Assembly (NCBI GenBank): GCA_046331705.1
Contig: JAXLQJ010000001.1
Location: 248,001-312,000, forward strand
Source of the DNA: a bacterium
GTDB lineage: Bacteria; JADJOY01
Length of the DNA stretch: 64,000 nucleotides
Direction: 5' to 3'
Position 1 is the first letter of the stretch, and every line of letters starts with the position of its first letter. The notes under the pieces were generated by a model that worked only from the letters and a program-made list of their open reading frames with translations, ran no database searches and was not told where the DNA came from. Positions 20,936-29,519 of the stretch are shown here, one piece after another. The position numbers and the translations under genes are program-made.

Positions 20936-21454
20936 TCAGCCGCGCTTCTTGCGGCCGCCGGCGCGCTTCCCGCCGCCGGCGAGGCCCGCCTCGGCGAGCT
21001 TCTTGTTGAACGTCGGGACGCTGACACCGGCGATCTGGGCGGCGCGTGACTTCACGCCTTTCGCCTCCGACAACGCCGCCTTCAGCTGCTCGGCGCTCAG
21101 CTCCACGCGAATGCCGCGACCACCGCGCCGGCGGGCGGGCGACGCAGGCGACGTTTTCTTGTTCTTGCCTCGACTCGCGGGGCGTGCGCGCTTGGCACCG
21201 GATGCCGGCCGGCGAACGCTGATTCCACTCAGCTCGGAGAGCAGATCGACCATCGGCGCGAGCGCGGCGGTGGAATCCTCGATGCGACGCTGAATGTCCG
21301 CTTCGAAAACCGCGATTCGAGAAAGCAGCTGCCGTTCCAACCCGCCGGCGAGCGATTTCGAGAGCTTCTTGGTCTGCTCGACCACGCTGCTCAGGCTCTG
21401 CTGCAGGGTCTTGAGCTCCTCGGCGACGCGGGCGAAGTTCTTGGGACGAGCCAC
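20936..21454 (-). CDS. Basic protein: coiled coil, K/R/A/P-rich linker and C-terminal Fis-type HTH
   Basis: GAGGAGG RBS before GTG at 21454; EQLKAALSEAKGVKSRAAQIAGVSVPTFNKKL resembles HTH_8. Confidence 0.7.
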   Translation of the reverse strand: MARPKNFARVAEELKTLQQSLSSVVEQTKKLSKSLAGGLERQLLSRIAVFEADIQRRIEDSTAALAPMVDLLSELSGISVRRPASGAKRARPASRGKNKKTSPASPARRRGGRGIRVELSAEQLKAALSEAKGVKSRAAQIAGVSVPTFNKKLAEAGLAGGGKRAGGRKKRG

Positions 21455-21534
21455 GAAGTTTTCCTCCTCGCCGGCACACGAGGCCGACGAATCGAACCGA
21501 AACCGACCGTTTTGTCGCTCGGTGAATCGCTCGA

Positions 21535-21563
21535 TTCGTACCACCCGAGCCAATCGATGTAAA
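21535..21563 (-). promoter_or_regulatory. Putative sigma70 promoter of the HTH gene
   Basis: TTTACA-17 nt-TACGAA in an AT-richer spacer. Confidence 0.45.
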
Positions 21564-21591
21564 GGAATCCAGTGAAAGCGAGGAATCGTTG

Positions 21592-22155
21592 ATGGCGCAC
21601 GAATGGGTTTTCGACTCGGGTGCGCGACTCACCGTGGCTGCGGCGGATCGACTCGGCGAAGACGTCGTCCGCGTGCACGCCGAGGACACCCATCGCATCC
21701 TGCGTGCGGCGATTCCCACGCACGTGCCCGATCGCACTCCGGCCCTCGCGGCCACGCTGCGCGCCGCTGCGGCGCACCGCCCCGCTGCGCAGGGGACCAT
21801 CCGCTTCCATGCAGCCCAGGCGGCGCGCCCGGCGTGGATCGAGGCGATCGTTTACGACTTCGATCGCGATCCGCCGTGCGATCGGGCCGTGATCGAGCGC
21901 GCGCTGGATCGAATCGTCGCGATCGCAGTCGAACGGAGCTGCGCCGCGATTGCGTTGCCCATCGACTTCGGCTGCCCACACGGCGGCATCGGAGGCGAGG
22001 AGTGGCTCGAGATCTTGCTCGCCTCGCTCGTCGAGTGCCGAGCGAATGCGCACGCGCCGCCCGAGATCGCGCTGATCGTCGCACCCCCGGACCTCGCCGC
22101 GAGTGTACGGAGGGTCGCGACGTTTCTGAACGACCACGGCGTTTCGAGCGCGTAA
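21592..22155 (+). CDS. Degenerate macro-domain-like protein
   Basis: WIEAIVYDFD...ALDRIVAIAVERSCAAIALPIDFGCPHGG resembles the macro C-terminal half (SIAFPAIGTG). Confidence 0.5.
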   Translation: MAHEWVFDSGARLTVAAADRLGEDVVRVHAEDTHRILRAAIPTHVPDRTPALAATLRAAAAHRPAAQGTIRFHAAQAARPAWIEAIVYDFDRDPPCDRAVIERALDRIVAIAVERSCAAIALPIDFGCPHGGIGGEEWLEILLASLVECRANAHAPPEIALIVAPPDLAASVRRVATFLNDHGVSSA

Positions 22156-22358
22156 CGTTCGAGCATCACCTCGCTCCGTGCGCCGCGCGGACGCAGCCAC
22201 GTACCCGGGTCGCCCGCACGCGCGCACCGAGCCTCGACGCTCACGGCGTCGGGCCGGAAAAGCGCGTGACATTTTCGATGGATGTGCCACGCGTCGCTTG
22301 GCATGCGCGTGCGCCGGCGAGCGCCGCGGATGCCCTTCGCGCATGCCGCTCATCGGCG

Positions 22359-22374
22359 TGGCGCCACTTTTGCT
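22359..22374 (+). promoter_or_regulatory. Putative sigma54 promoter of the ccm operon
   Basis: TGGCGCCACTTTTGCT with exact -24/-12 spacing, about 100 nt before ccmE. Confidence 0.5.
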
Positions 22375-22472
22375 CGTCGGTTGCGGACGTCCTGCACGCT
22401 GTTACACTCGAATCGAGAGTCTGCTCGGCCGGATCGCCCGTCCGAGCACGGATTGCTCGAACGGAGCCGTCG

Positions 22473-22901
22473 GTGGATTCCAAGCGCATGCGCTTCGTCA
22501 TCGGGATCGCGGCCATCGTTGCCGCGATCGGTTGGTTGGTGATCTCCAGCACCGCGAGCACCGGCGCGTATTACGTCACCGTCCCCGAGTACTACGCCAA
22601 GAACGACATGGTGAAGGGCCGCCCGCTTCGCGTTTCGGGTCGGGTGGTTGCGGGCTCCATCGAGCGCGAGGCCACCAAGAGCGAGCTGCGCTTCGCCATC
22701 GCGGACCCCGACCATCCCGAGCAGACGCTGCACGTGGTCTATCGCCGCGCGGCGATCCCCGACACCTTCAAGGACGGCGCGGAGGCCGTGGTCGAGGGCC
22801 GGGTCTCCCCGGACGGGGTGTTGGAAGCGAAGACGCTGTTCGCGAAGTGCCCCTCCAAGTACGAATCGAAGCAACCACCGACCGGACCGGTCAGCTCCTG
22901 A
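22473..22901 (+). CDS. ccmE: Heme chaperone CcmE, CxxxY variant
   Basis: N-terminal TM helix, YYVTV, RVSGRVVAGS, PDTFKDG, VVEG, AKCPSKY. Confidence 0.92.
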   Translation: MDSKRMRFVIGIAAIVAAIGWLVISSTASTGAYYVTVPEYYAKNDMVKGRPLRVSGRVVAGSIEREATKSELRFAIADPDHPEQTLHVVYRRAAIPDTFKDGAEAVVEGRVSPDGVLEAKTLFAKCPSKYESKQPPTGPVSS

Positions 22902-22959
22902 GCACGCAACGGCGTTGCGCGGCGCTCAACGGGGTTGATCGGCGGTCATCGGAGAACGC

Positions 22960-24945
22960 GTGGCCGTATTCGGTCGGATCATCATCGCGCTCGCCTTCGG
23001 CGGCTGTGTTTATTCGATCTTCGCCGCGCTCTGGGGCGCGCGCGCCGGATCGCCTGCGTGGGTGAAGAGCGCGCGCCACGGCGTGCACGCGGTGACCGTG
23101 TTGCTGACGGCGGCGATGGCCGCGCTGGCGTATTGCTTCCTCACCGACGATTTCTCGCTGATCTACGTCGCGCGCCATTCGAGCCTCGCCCAGCCGGACC
23201 TCTACAAGGTGACGGCCGTGTGGGGCGGGCAATCCGGCAGCCTCTTGCTCTGGGTGTGGCTGCTCTCGCTGTTCGGCAGCGCGGCGCTCTACCAGAATCG
23301 CAAGCGGCACGCGCAGCTCGTTCCCTACGCGGCGGCGACGATCGCGTTCGGCATGGGCTTCTTCGTCTTCTTGATGCTCTTCGTCGAGCACCCGTTCGCG
23401 ACCTTCGCTGCCGGCCAGGCACCGGCCGATGGCCAAGGGCTGAATCCGCTGCTGCAGAACCCCTACATGGCGATCCACCCGCCGAGCCTCTACACGGGCT
23501 ACGTCGGCTTCTCGGTTCCGTTCGCGTTCGCCATCGCAGCGCTCGCGACGGGACGCCTCAATGCCGACTGGGCACGCGCGACGCGGCGCTGGACGCTCTT
23601 CAGCTGGGCTTTTCTGTCCGTCGGCATCTTGCTCGGCGCCCACTGGGCGTATCTCGAGCTCGGCTGGGGCGGATACTGGGCGTGGGATCCCGTCGAGAAC
23701 GCTTCGTTCATGCCGTGGCTCGCGGGTACCGCGTATCTCCACTCGGTCATCATTCAAGAAAAACGCAACATGTTGAAAGTCTGGAACATGGTGCTGGTTT
23801 TCTTGGCGTACGGGCTCGCGATCTTCGGGACCTTCCTCACTCGCTCCGGTGTGATCAGCTCGGTTCATTCGTTCGCGCAGTCGGATCTCGGTCCGTTCTT
23901 TCTCTGGTATCTCGCCTTCGTGACGGCGGGCGGGGTCGCGTTGCTGGTTTGGCGCCGGCCGCAGCTCGCGACGTCGAACCGCTTCGATTCGGTGGTGAGC
24001 CGCGAATCGGCGTTCCTGCTCAACAATCTGTTGCTGCTGGCGGCGGTGTTCGCGGTGCTCTGGGGAACGATCTTTCCGATCCTCTCGGAGGCGGTCGAGG
24101 GAACGAAGATCACCGTCGGGCCACCGTACTTCAATCGCGTGATGTCGCCGATCGGGTTGTCGCTGCTCGCCTTGACGGGGATCGGTCCGCTGGTGGCGTG
24201 GCGCAAGGCCTCGGCGGGGAGCTTGCGGCGCGCCTTCTGGGTGCCCGGCGGCGTGATGCTGGCGGCGATGGTGGTGCTCGGGGCGCTCGGCGCGGGCCTC
24301 GCCGCGACGATGAGCTGGGGCCTTTGCGTGTTCGTGCTCATGACGATCGCGTTGGAGTTCTGGCGCGGCACGGTCGCCCGGCACACCATGACGCACGAGT
24401 CTTACCCGGTCGCGTTCTTCGGGTTGATCCAGCGCAATCGCCGGCGCTACGGCGGCTACGTCGTGCACATCGGCATCGTGATGATCTTCGCCGGCATCAC
24501 CGGCAGTCTCTTCAACGTCGAGGCGGAAGGTCTGCTGAAACCGGGCCAGACGCTGCCGCTGGGCCGCTACACCTTGCGCTTCGACGAAGCCCGGGATACG
24601 TCTCGCCCTGACTTCGACGGCATGGCGGCCAAGGTCTCGATCCTCGTGGGCGATCGGCTGGTGACCACCCTCGAGCCGGAGAAGCGCCACTACCGCGCGT
24701 CGAAGCAGCCCACCACCGAAGCCGCCGTGCACACCACCTTCCGCGAGGACGTCTATCTCTCGCTCGGCGAGGTCCATCGGGACGGCTCGGTGTCGCTGCA
24801 GGCGCACGTGAACCCGCTGGTGCGCTGGCTGTGGGCCGGCGGCGTGGTCCTGGTCATCGGCACGATCGTCGGCGCGTGGCCGGAGGCGACGCGGCAGCGA
24901 GTCGGCGCACCCGTCTTCGCCTCCGACACGGTGGCCGCGCGCTGA
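22960..24945 (+). CDS. ccmF: Cytochrome c heme lyase CcmF
   Basis: WGGQSGSLLLW, GLNPLLQ, IHPP, WAYLELGWGGYWAWDPVENAS, SVHSFA. Confidence 0.97.
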   Translation: MAVFGRIIIALAFGGCVYSIFAALWGARAGSPAWVKSARHGVHAVTVLLTAAMAALAYCFLTDDFSLIYVARHSSLAQPDLYKVTAVWGGQSGSLLLWVWLLSLFGSAALYQNRKRHAQLVPYAAATIAFGMGFFVFLMLFVEHPFATFAAGQAPADGQGLNPLLQNPYMAIHPPSLYTGYVGFSVPFAFAIAALATGRLNADWARATRRWTLFSWAFLSVGILLGAHWAYLELGWGGYWAWDPVENASFMPWLAGTAYLHSVIIQEKRNMLKVWNMVLVFLAYGLAIFGTFLTRSGVISSVHSFAQSDLGPFFLWYLAFVTAGGVALLVWRRPQLATSNRFDSVVSRESAFLLNNLLLLAAVFAVLWGTIFPILSEAVEGTKITVGPPYFNRVMSPIGLSLLALTGIGPLVAWRKASAGSLRRAFWVPGGVMLAAMVVLGALGAGLAATMSWGLCVFVLMTIALEFWRGTVARHTMTHESYPVAFFGLIQRNRRRYGGYVVHIGIVMIFAGITGSLFNVEAEGLLKPGQTLPLGRYTLRFDEARDTSRPDFDGMAAKVSILVGDRLVTTLEPEKRHYRASKQPTTEAAVHTTFREDVYLSLGEVHRDGSVSLQAHVNPLVRWLWAGGVVLVIGTIVGAWPEATRQRVGAPVFASDTVAAR

Positions 24946-24971
24946 CGCCCTCGCTCGGGAATCGTGCCAAC

Positions 24972-25529
24972 GTGAATCGACTCAGCCTCCTTGCATCCCT
25001 GCACCGCGGGCGAGCGGTGGTCCTGCGCGCAACTGCCGTGGTCGCGGCGGCGCTGGTGATCGCCGCTGCTTCGCTCGCCGCGTCGCGCACCGCTGGCGCG
25101 GCTCCCCAGCCGAGCGTCCAGAAGCAGGTCGAAGGCGCGATCATGTGCATCTGCCCGGACGACTGCGGCAAGGTGCTCATCAACTGCTCGTGCAGCGACT
25201 CCGCCGCGTATCGGGTCAAGATCCAGAAGATGATCGCCGAAGGGCTGGACGCGGATCAGATCATCGCGCGATTCGTTGCCGAGAAGGGCAAGATCGTGCT
25301 TGCTGCTCCCACCACCCGAGGCTTCGACCTCACCGCGTGGGTGCTGCCGTTCCTGGCTCTGGCCGTCTCGGTCCCGATCGTGGTGGTGGTGATCCGGCGC
25401 CTGGGATCGCAATCGGGGCGCGGCGGCCCGGGCGCGGCGGCGACGAACGCCACGACGGATGGCGCGGATTCGGGCGATGCGTCGCTGCGGGAACGACTGG
25501 AACGCGAGCTTCGCGACCTCGATACTTGA
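24972..25529 (+). CDS. ccmH: CcmH-like protein with Cys-rich motif
   Basis: Signal-like N-terminus; IMCICPDDCGKVLINCSC; IQKMIAEG..DQIIARFV..VLAAP; AWVLP TM; start uncertain (24972 or 25017). Confidence 0.75.
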   Translation: MNRLSLLASLHRGRAVVLRATAVVAAALVIAAASLAASRTAGAAPQPSVQKQVEGAIMCICPDDCGKVLINCSCSDSAAYRVKIQKMIAEGLDADQIIARFVAEKGKIVLAAPTTRGFDLTAWVLPFLALAVSVPIVVVVIRRLGSQSGRGGPGAAATNATTDGADSGDASLRERLERELRDLDT

Positions 25530-25583
25530 GGCCGACGGCCTCGTCACGGCAACGACCTCTCGAGACGGGTGAACTGGACGCGC

Positions 25584-26036
25584 ATGGAGACGTTTGCTAT
25601 CGCCGCCGCGGCGCTGCTCGGAGCGGGCTGCGCGCTCTTCGTCGTCTGGCCATTCCTGCGACGCGATCCCGCCGCCGCCAGCGCGAACGCTGCGGAGAAC
25701 CTCGCCGAGGAGCTCGCCGAGGAGAAGAGCAAGCTCCTCGCGGCGCTCAAGGAGATCGAGTTCGATCACCACACGGGGAAGCTGAGCGACGAGGACTTTC
25801 GCAAGCTCGATGGCGAGTATCGTTCGCGCGCCCTCGAGGTGCTGCGCCGGATCGACGAGTTCGGACCGGTGGCGAGCGACGACGTCCTGGCGGCCGTCGA
25901 GGCCGACGTCCGGCGCGCCCTCGGCGGTCGCCCCGACGCCGCGCCGCGTGCGTGTGCCGGATGCGGCGAGCGGCTCGCGGGTGGCGTGCGGTTCTGCACG
26001 AGCTGCGGGCGACCCGTCGCGGTGGCCGCCGCGTGA
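25584..26036 (+). CDS. CcmI N-terminal-like membrane protein with C-terminal zinc ribbon
   Basis: TM helix ending VVWPF; LKEIEFDHHTGKLSDEDF; CAGCG...RFCTSCG. Confidence 0.7.
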   Translation: METFAIAAAALLGAGCALFVVWPFLRRDPAAASANAAENLAEELAEEKSKLLAALKEIEFDHHTGKLSDEDFRKLDGEYRSRALEVLRRIDEFGPVASDDVLAAVEADVRRALGGRPDAAPRACAGCGERLAGGVRFCTSCGRPVAVAAA

Positions 26037-26069
26037 TCGGCGTCCGCCGAGCGATTCGGATCGGCGCTC

Positions 26070-26330
26070 ATGCGTGATCTCTTGTTCGTCGCGCACGCAA
26101 CGGCGTTCGCGGCGCTCGCCGCAGGCATGCGCGCGTGGCTGCGGCGCGGCACCGAGCCGCGGCCAGCGCTCCCCGCGCGTGACCCAGCCGCCGAGCAGCG
26201 CTACCGCGCGGTCATCGCCGATCTCGCCGCGCTCGAGCGCGAGCGGGAGCGGGGCGGGGTGACGGGTGAGGCGTACGAAGCCCGCCGCAAGACGTTGCTC
26301 GAGACGGCCACCCAGCTCAAGCGGGCGTGA
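26070..26330 (+). CDS. Small membrane protein with CcmI-N/SHOCT-like helical motif
   Basis: TM helix then IADLAALERERERGGVTGEAYEARRKTL; stop overlaps the ccmA start. Confidence 0.55.
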   Translation: MRDLLFVAHATAFAALAAGMRAWLRRGTEPRPALPARDPAAEQRYRAVIADLAALERERERGGVTGEAYEARRKTLLETATQLKRA

Positions 26331-27058
26331 CGGCGCGCCGACCCGAGGCCCAGGTCATGGCGATCGAGATCGGTGCGCTGGTGAAGCGCTTCGGCCCGCT
26401 GAAAGCGCTCAACGGTCTCGAGCTCGTCGTCCCGGACGGCGCGTTCCTCGTGCTCTACGGCCCCAACGGCGCCGGCAAGACGACGCTGCTCAAGATCGTG
26501 GCCGGGTTGACGAAGCCGACGTCCGGCGCCGTCCGCCTCTCCGGTGACGACCTGATCGCGCATCCGGAGCGGCTGCGCGGGCGCATCGGCTTCCTCACCC
26601 ATTCCTCGTATCTCTACGGCGAGCTCTCCGCCGAGGAGAACCTGCGCCTCTACGCCGAGCTCCACGGTCTGGACCAGCCGGAGGCGCGGGTCGCCGAGGT
26701 GCTCGAGGAGGTCGGGCTCACGGATCGCGCGCGCGATCGCGTTTCGACCTACTCTCGTGGCATGGTGCAACGCGCGTCGATCGCCAGGGCGCTGATCCAC
26801 CGGCCGAACGTGCTGCTGCTCGACGAGCCGTTTTCCGGGCTCGACCCCGAAGCCGCGGATCATCTCCACGGGCTTCTGGTCGGACTTCGCGATGGGACCC
26901 GCTCGATGATCCTCGTCACCCACGACATCGCGCGCGGCTTGGCGCTGGCGGACCAGGTCGCCATCCAATGCCGCGGGCGGATCGTGTGGCAGGCGGCGCG
27001 CGATGGCCTGACCGCGGACGCCCTCACCGAGACGTATCGTCGTGCCGTCACCGCATGA
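26327..27058 (+). CDS. ccmA: Heme ABC exporter ATPase CcmA
   Basis: GPNGAGKTT, YSRGMVQR, LLLDEPFSGLD; ccm context. Confidence 0.9.
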   Translation: MTARRPEAQVMAIEIGALVKRFGPLKALNGLELVVPDGAFLVLYGPNGAGKTTLLKIVAGLTKPTSGAVRLSGDDLIAHPERLRGRIGFLTHSSYLYGELSAEENLRLYAELHGLDQPEARVAEVLEEVGLTDRARDRVSTYSRGMVQRASIARALIHRPNVLLLDEPFSGLDPEAADHLHGLLVGLRDGTRSMILVTHDIARGLALADQVAIQCRGRIVWQAARDGLTADALTETYRRAVTA

Positions 27059-27774
27059 GCCCCGCGCCGCGATCCCCCTCGGCGGTGCGCGCCATCCGCG
27101 CGGTGCTGCTCAAGGATCTGAAGACCGGCTGGCGCTCGCGCGCGAGCTTGGTCGCGATGCTGCTGTTCGCGGCACTCATGCTCACGGTGTTCGCGCTGGC
27201 GCTGCCCGAGGCCTCGTGGTCGAGCGAGCCGAGCTCGCGCCGGCTGGCGGCGGGCATCCTGTGGGTCGCGATCGCGTTCGGCGGCGTGCTCGGGCTGAAC
27301 CAGACCTTCGCCGCCGAGCGCGAGAGCAACACGATCGAAGGCATCTTGCTGACGCCGGTCGATCGCGGTCACCTCTACCTCGCCAAGTTCCTCGCCAACC
27401 TGATCTTCCTGCTCGGCGTCGAGGTGCCGCTCAGCGCGCTCTTCGTGCTGTTCTTCGATGCGCAAGTGGGCGGCGATCGCATCCTGCCGTTCGCGCTCGT
27501 GCTGGTGCTCGGCACCGTCGGTTTCACCGCCACGGGCACGCTCTTCGCCGCCATCAGCTCGAGCACCCGCTCGCGCGAGGTGTTGCTGCCGCTCATGTTG
27601 CTGCCGATCGCCACGCCGATCCTCTTGGCGGGAATCGAATGCACGGCCACGATCCTCGAGGGCTACCGGATCACGGACCCGGACGTGGTGAAATGGCTCA
27701 AGCTCATGGTCGTGTTCGACGTCGTGAGCTTGGTGGCGAGCTTCCTGACCTTCGAGTTCCTGGTGGAGGAGTGA
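27055..27774 (+). CDS. ccmB: Heme exporter permease CcmB
   Basis: KDLK, GILWVA, FAAERE, REVLLPLMLLPIATP. Confidence 0.92.
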   Translation: MSPAPRSPSAVRAIRAVLLKDLKTGWRSRASLVAMLLFAALMLTVFALALPEASWSSEPSSRRLAAGILWVAIAFGGVLGLNQTFAAERESNTIEGILLTPVDRGHLYLAKFLANLIFLLGVEVPLSALFVLFFDAQVGGDRILPFALVLVLGTVGFTATGTLFAAISSSTRSREVLLPLMLLPIATPILLAGIECTATILEGYRITDPDVVKWLKLMVVFDVVSLVASFLTFEFLVEE

Positions 27775-27777
27775 ACG

Positions 27778-28518
27778 ATGTCGAGCACCAGCGCCACCGC
27801 GCATTCACCGCAGACCGAGACCGTGGGCGCGATCCGCGTGGTCGAGCTGCTGGCGCGCATCGAGAAGCCGATCGCCGTGCTCGCGGGGCTCGCCGTCGTG
27901 CTCGCGTTCGGCATGATCCTCTTCTACACGCCCATCGAGGCAGGACAGGGCGAGGTGCAGAAGATCTTCTACGTGCACGTGCCGTCGGCGTGGACGGCGT
28001 TCCTGGCGGTGACGGTGGTGTTCGTGGCGAGCATCCTGTTCCTGCTCACGCGCGACCGCGTGTGGGACGAGATCGCGGCTTCGTCCGGTGAGATCGCGCT
28101 CGTCTTCCTCACGATCGTGCTCACCACCGGCCCGCTGTGGGGCAGGCCGGTCTGGAACACGTGGTGGACGTGGGACGCGCGCCTCACCTACACGCTGATC
28201 TTGTGGCTGGTGTTCGCGGCCTACCAGCTCGTGCGTCCGTTCGCGGGCGAGAGCGAACGCGGTGCGCGTTTCGCCGCGGTGCTCTCGATCGTGGGCTTCG
28301 CCGACCTGCCGATCATCCACTTCTCGGTGCTGTGGTGGCGCACCCTGCACCCCAAGCCAGTGGTGATGGATCCCGTGGGCGGCAAGCACTTGGATCCGGC
28401 GATGTTCCAGACGCTCATGTTCACGCTCGGGGCATGGACGCTCTTGTACGTGTTCTTCCTGGCGAAGCGGGTGCAGATCGAGCACCGGCGCAACGAGCTC
28501 GACGCGGCGGGTCGCTGA
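27778..28518 (+). CDS. ccmC: Heme exporter CcmC
   Basis: KIFYVHVPSAW, WGRPVWNTWWTWDARLT (WWD domain), WWRTLHP. Confidence 0.95.
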   Translation: MSSTSATAHSPQTETVGAIRVVELLARIEKPIAVLAGLAVVLAFGMILFYTPIEAGQGEVQKIFYVHVPSAWTAFLAVTVVFVASILFLLTRDRVWDEIAASSGEIALVFLTIVLTTGPLWGRPVWNTWWTWDARLTYTLILWLVFAAYQLVRPFAGESERGARFAAVLSIVGFADLPIIHFSVLWWRTLHPKPVVMDPVGGKHLDPAMFQTLMFTLGAWTLLYVFFLAKRVQIEHRRNELDAAGR

Positions 28519-28536
28519 TCCTTCGAGGAGGCCGTC

Positions 28537-28671
28537 ATGCAGCTCGAGATGGGACCGCACTTCGCATACCTGGCCAGCGCGTACGCGATCGTGCTGATCG
28601 CGATCGTCGGCTACACGGGATCGCTGATCGCGCGGGGGCGCTCCCTCGAGCGAAGGGCGGGCGCGCGCTGA
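28537..28671 (+). CDS. ccmD: CcmD (44 aa)
   Basis: Not in the ORF track. GAGGAGG RBS; MQLEMGPHFAYLASAYAIVLIAIVGYTGSLIARGRSLERRAGAR; follows ccmC. Confidence 0.85.
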   Translation: MQLEMGPHFAYLASAYAIVLIAIVGYTGSLIARGRSLERRAGAR

Positions 28672-28687
28672 CCACGGCGCGCGCTTC

Positions 28688-29413
28688 TCAGGCCGGCCGC
28701 GCGCCGAGCGCGGCGCCAGCGCGACGTTCGAGCGCCGCGTACCGGAAGATCGTCCACAGGATCTTGGCGCCCGCGCGAACGGTGCCGCTCACCGTTCCGG
28801 TGATCTTGGAAGCTCCGATTCGACGGCGATAGCGGACCGGTATCTCCGCGACGCGCAACCCGCGCTGCAACGCCTTGATCTGCATCTCGACGGTCCAACC
28901 GAACGCCGGGTCGCGCATGTCGAGAGCGGCGAGCGCGTCCCAGCGGATCGCGCGAAACGGCCCCAGATCGGTGTAGCGATGGCCGTAGAGCCGCGCGATC
29001 AGGAAACAAGCGAGCTGGTTGCCGTAGCGCGCCTGCGGCGCGAGCGCGCCGGGATCGGCGGCGCCGCGAATGCGCGAGCCGATCACCAGATCGGCGCTGT
29101 CCGCCAGCAAGGGCGCCACCAGCGCCGTCATCTCCTCGGGATGATCGCTGAAATCGGCGTCGAGAAACACGACGATCTCGGGCGGGTCGAACGATGCGCG
29201 GCGCAGGCCGGCGAGACAGGCGCTCCCGTAGCCACGGCGGGGCTCGTGCACGACGATCCCGCCGTGTCGTGATGCGACCTCGGCGGTACGGTCGCGGGAG
29301 CCGTTGTCGGCGACGATCACGCGACGCGCGAGGCCGGCGGGAATCGCCCGCAGGACGTTGCCGATGGACGCTTCCTCGTCGAGCGCCGGAATGATCACGT
29401 CGATCGTCGCCAC
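28688..29413 (-). CDS. Glycosyltransferase family 2
   Basis: VIIPALDEE, DNGSRD, GYGSACLAG, FLDADFSD, TDLGPFRAI, GWTVEMQ. Confidence 0.9.
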   Translation of the reverse strand: MATIDVIIPALDEEASIGNVLRAIPAGLARRVIVADNGSRDRTAEVASRHGGIVVHEPRRGYGSACLAGLRRASFDPPEIVVFLDADFSDHPEEMTALVAPLLADSADLVIGSRIRGAADPGALAPQARYGNQLACFLIARLYGHRYTDLGPFRAIRWDALAALDMRDPAFGWTVEMQIKALQRGLRVAEIPVRYRRRIGASKITGTVSGTVRAGAKILWTIFRYAALERRAGAALGARPA

Positions 29414-29519
29414 GCGGGTGCCGCTCTCCGAGCTGCTCGAGCGGGCGCGCGCCCTGGATCCGCGGCGCTGGCTCTGGAGGCTCGGCGCAGTCTACTCGGC
29501 GCTCGCGGCGGCAGCGGCG

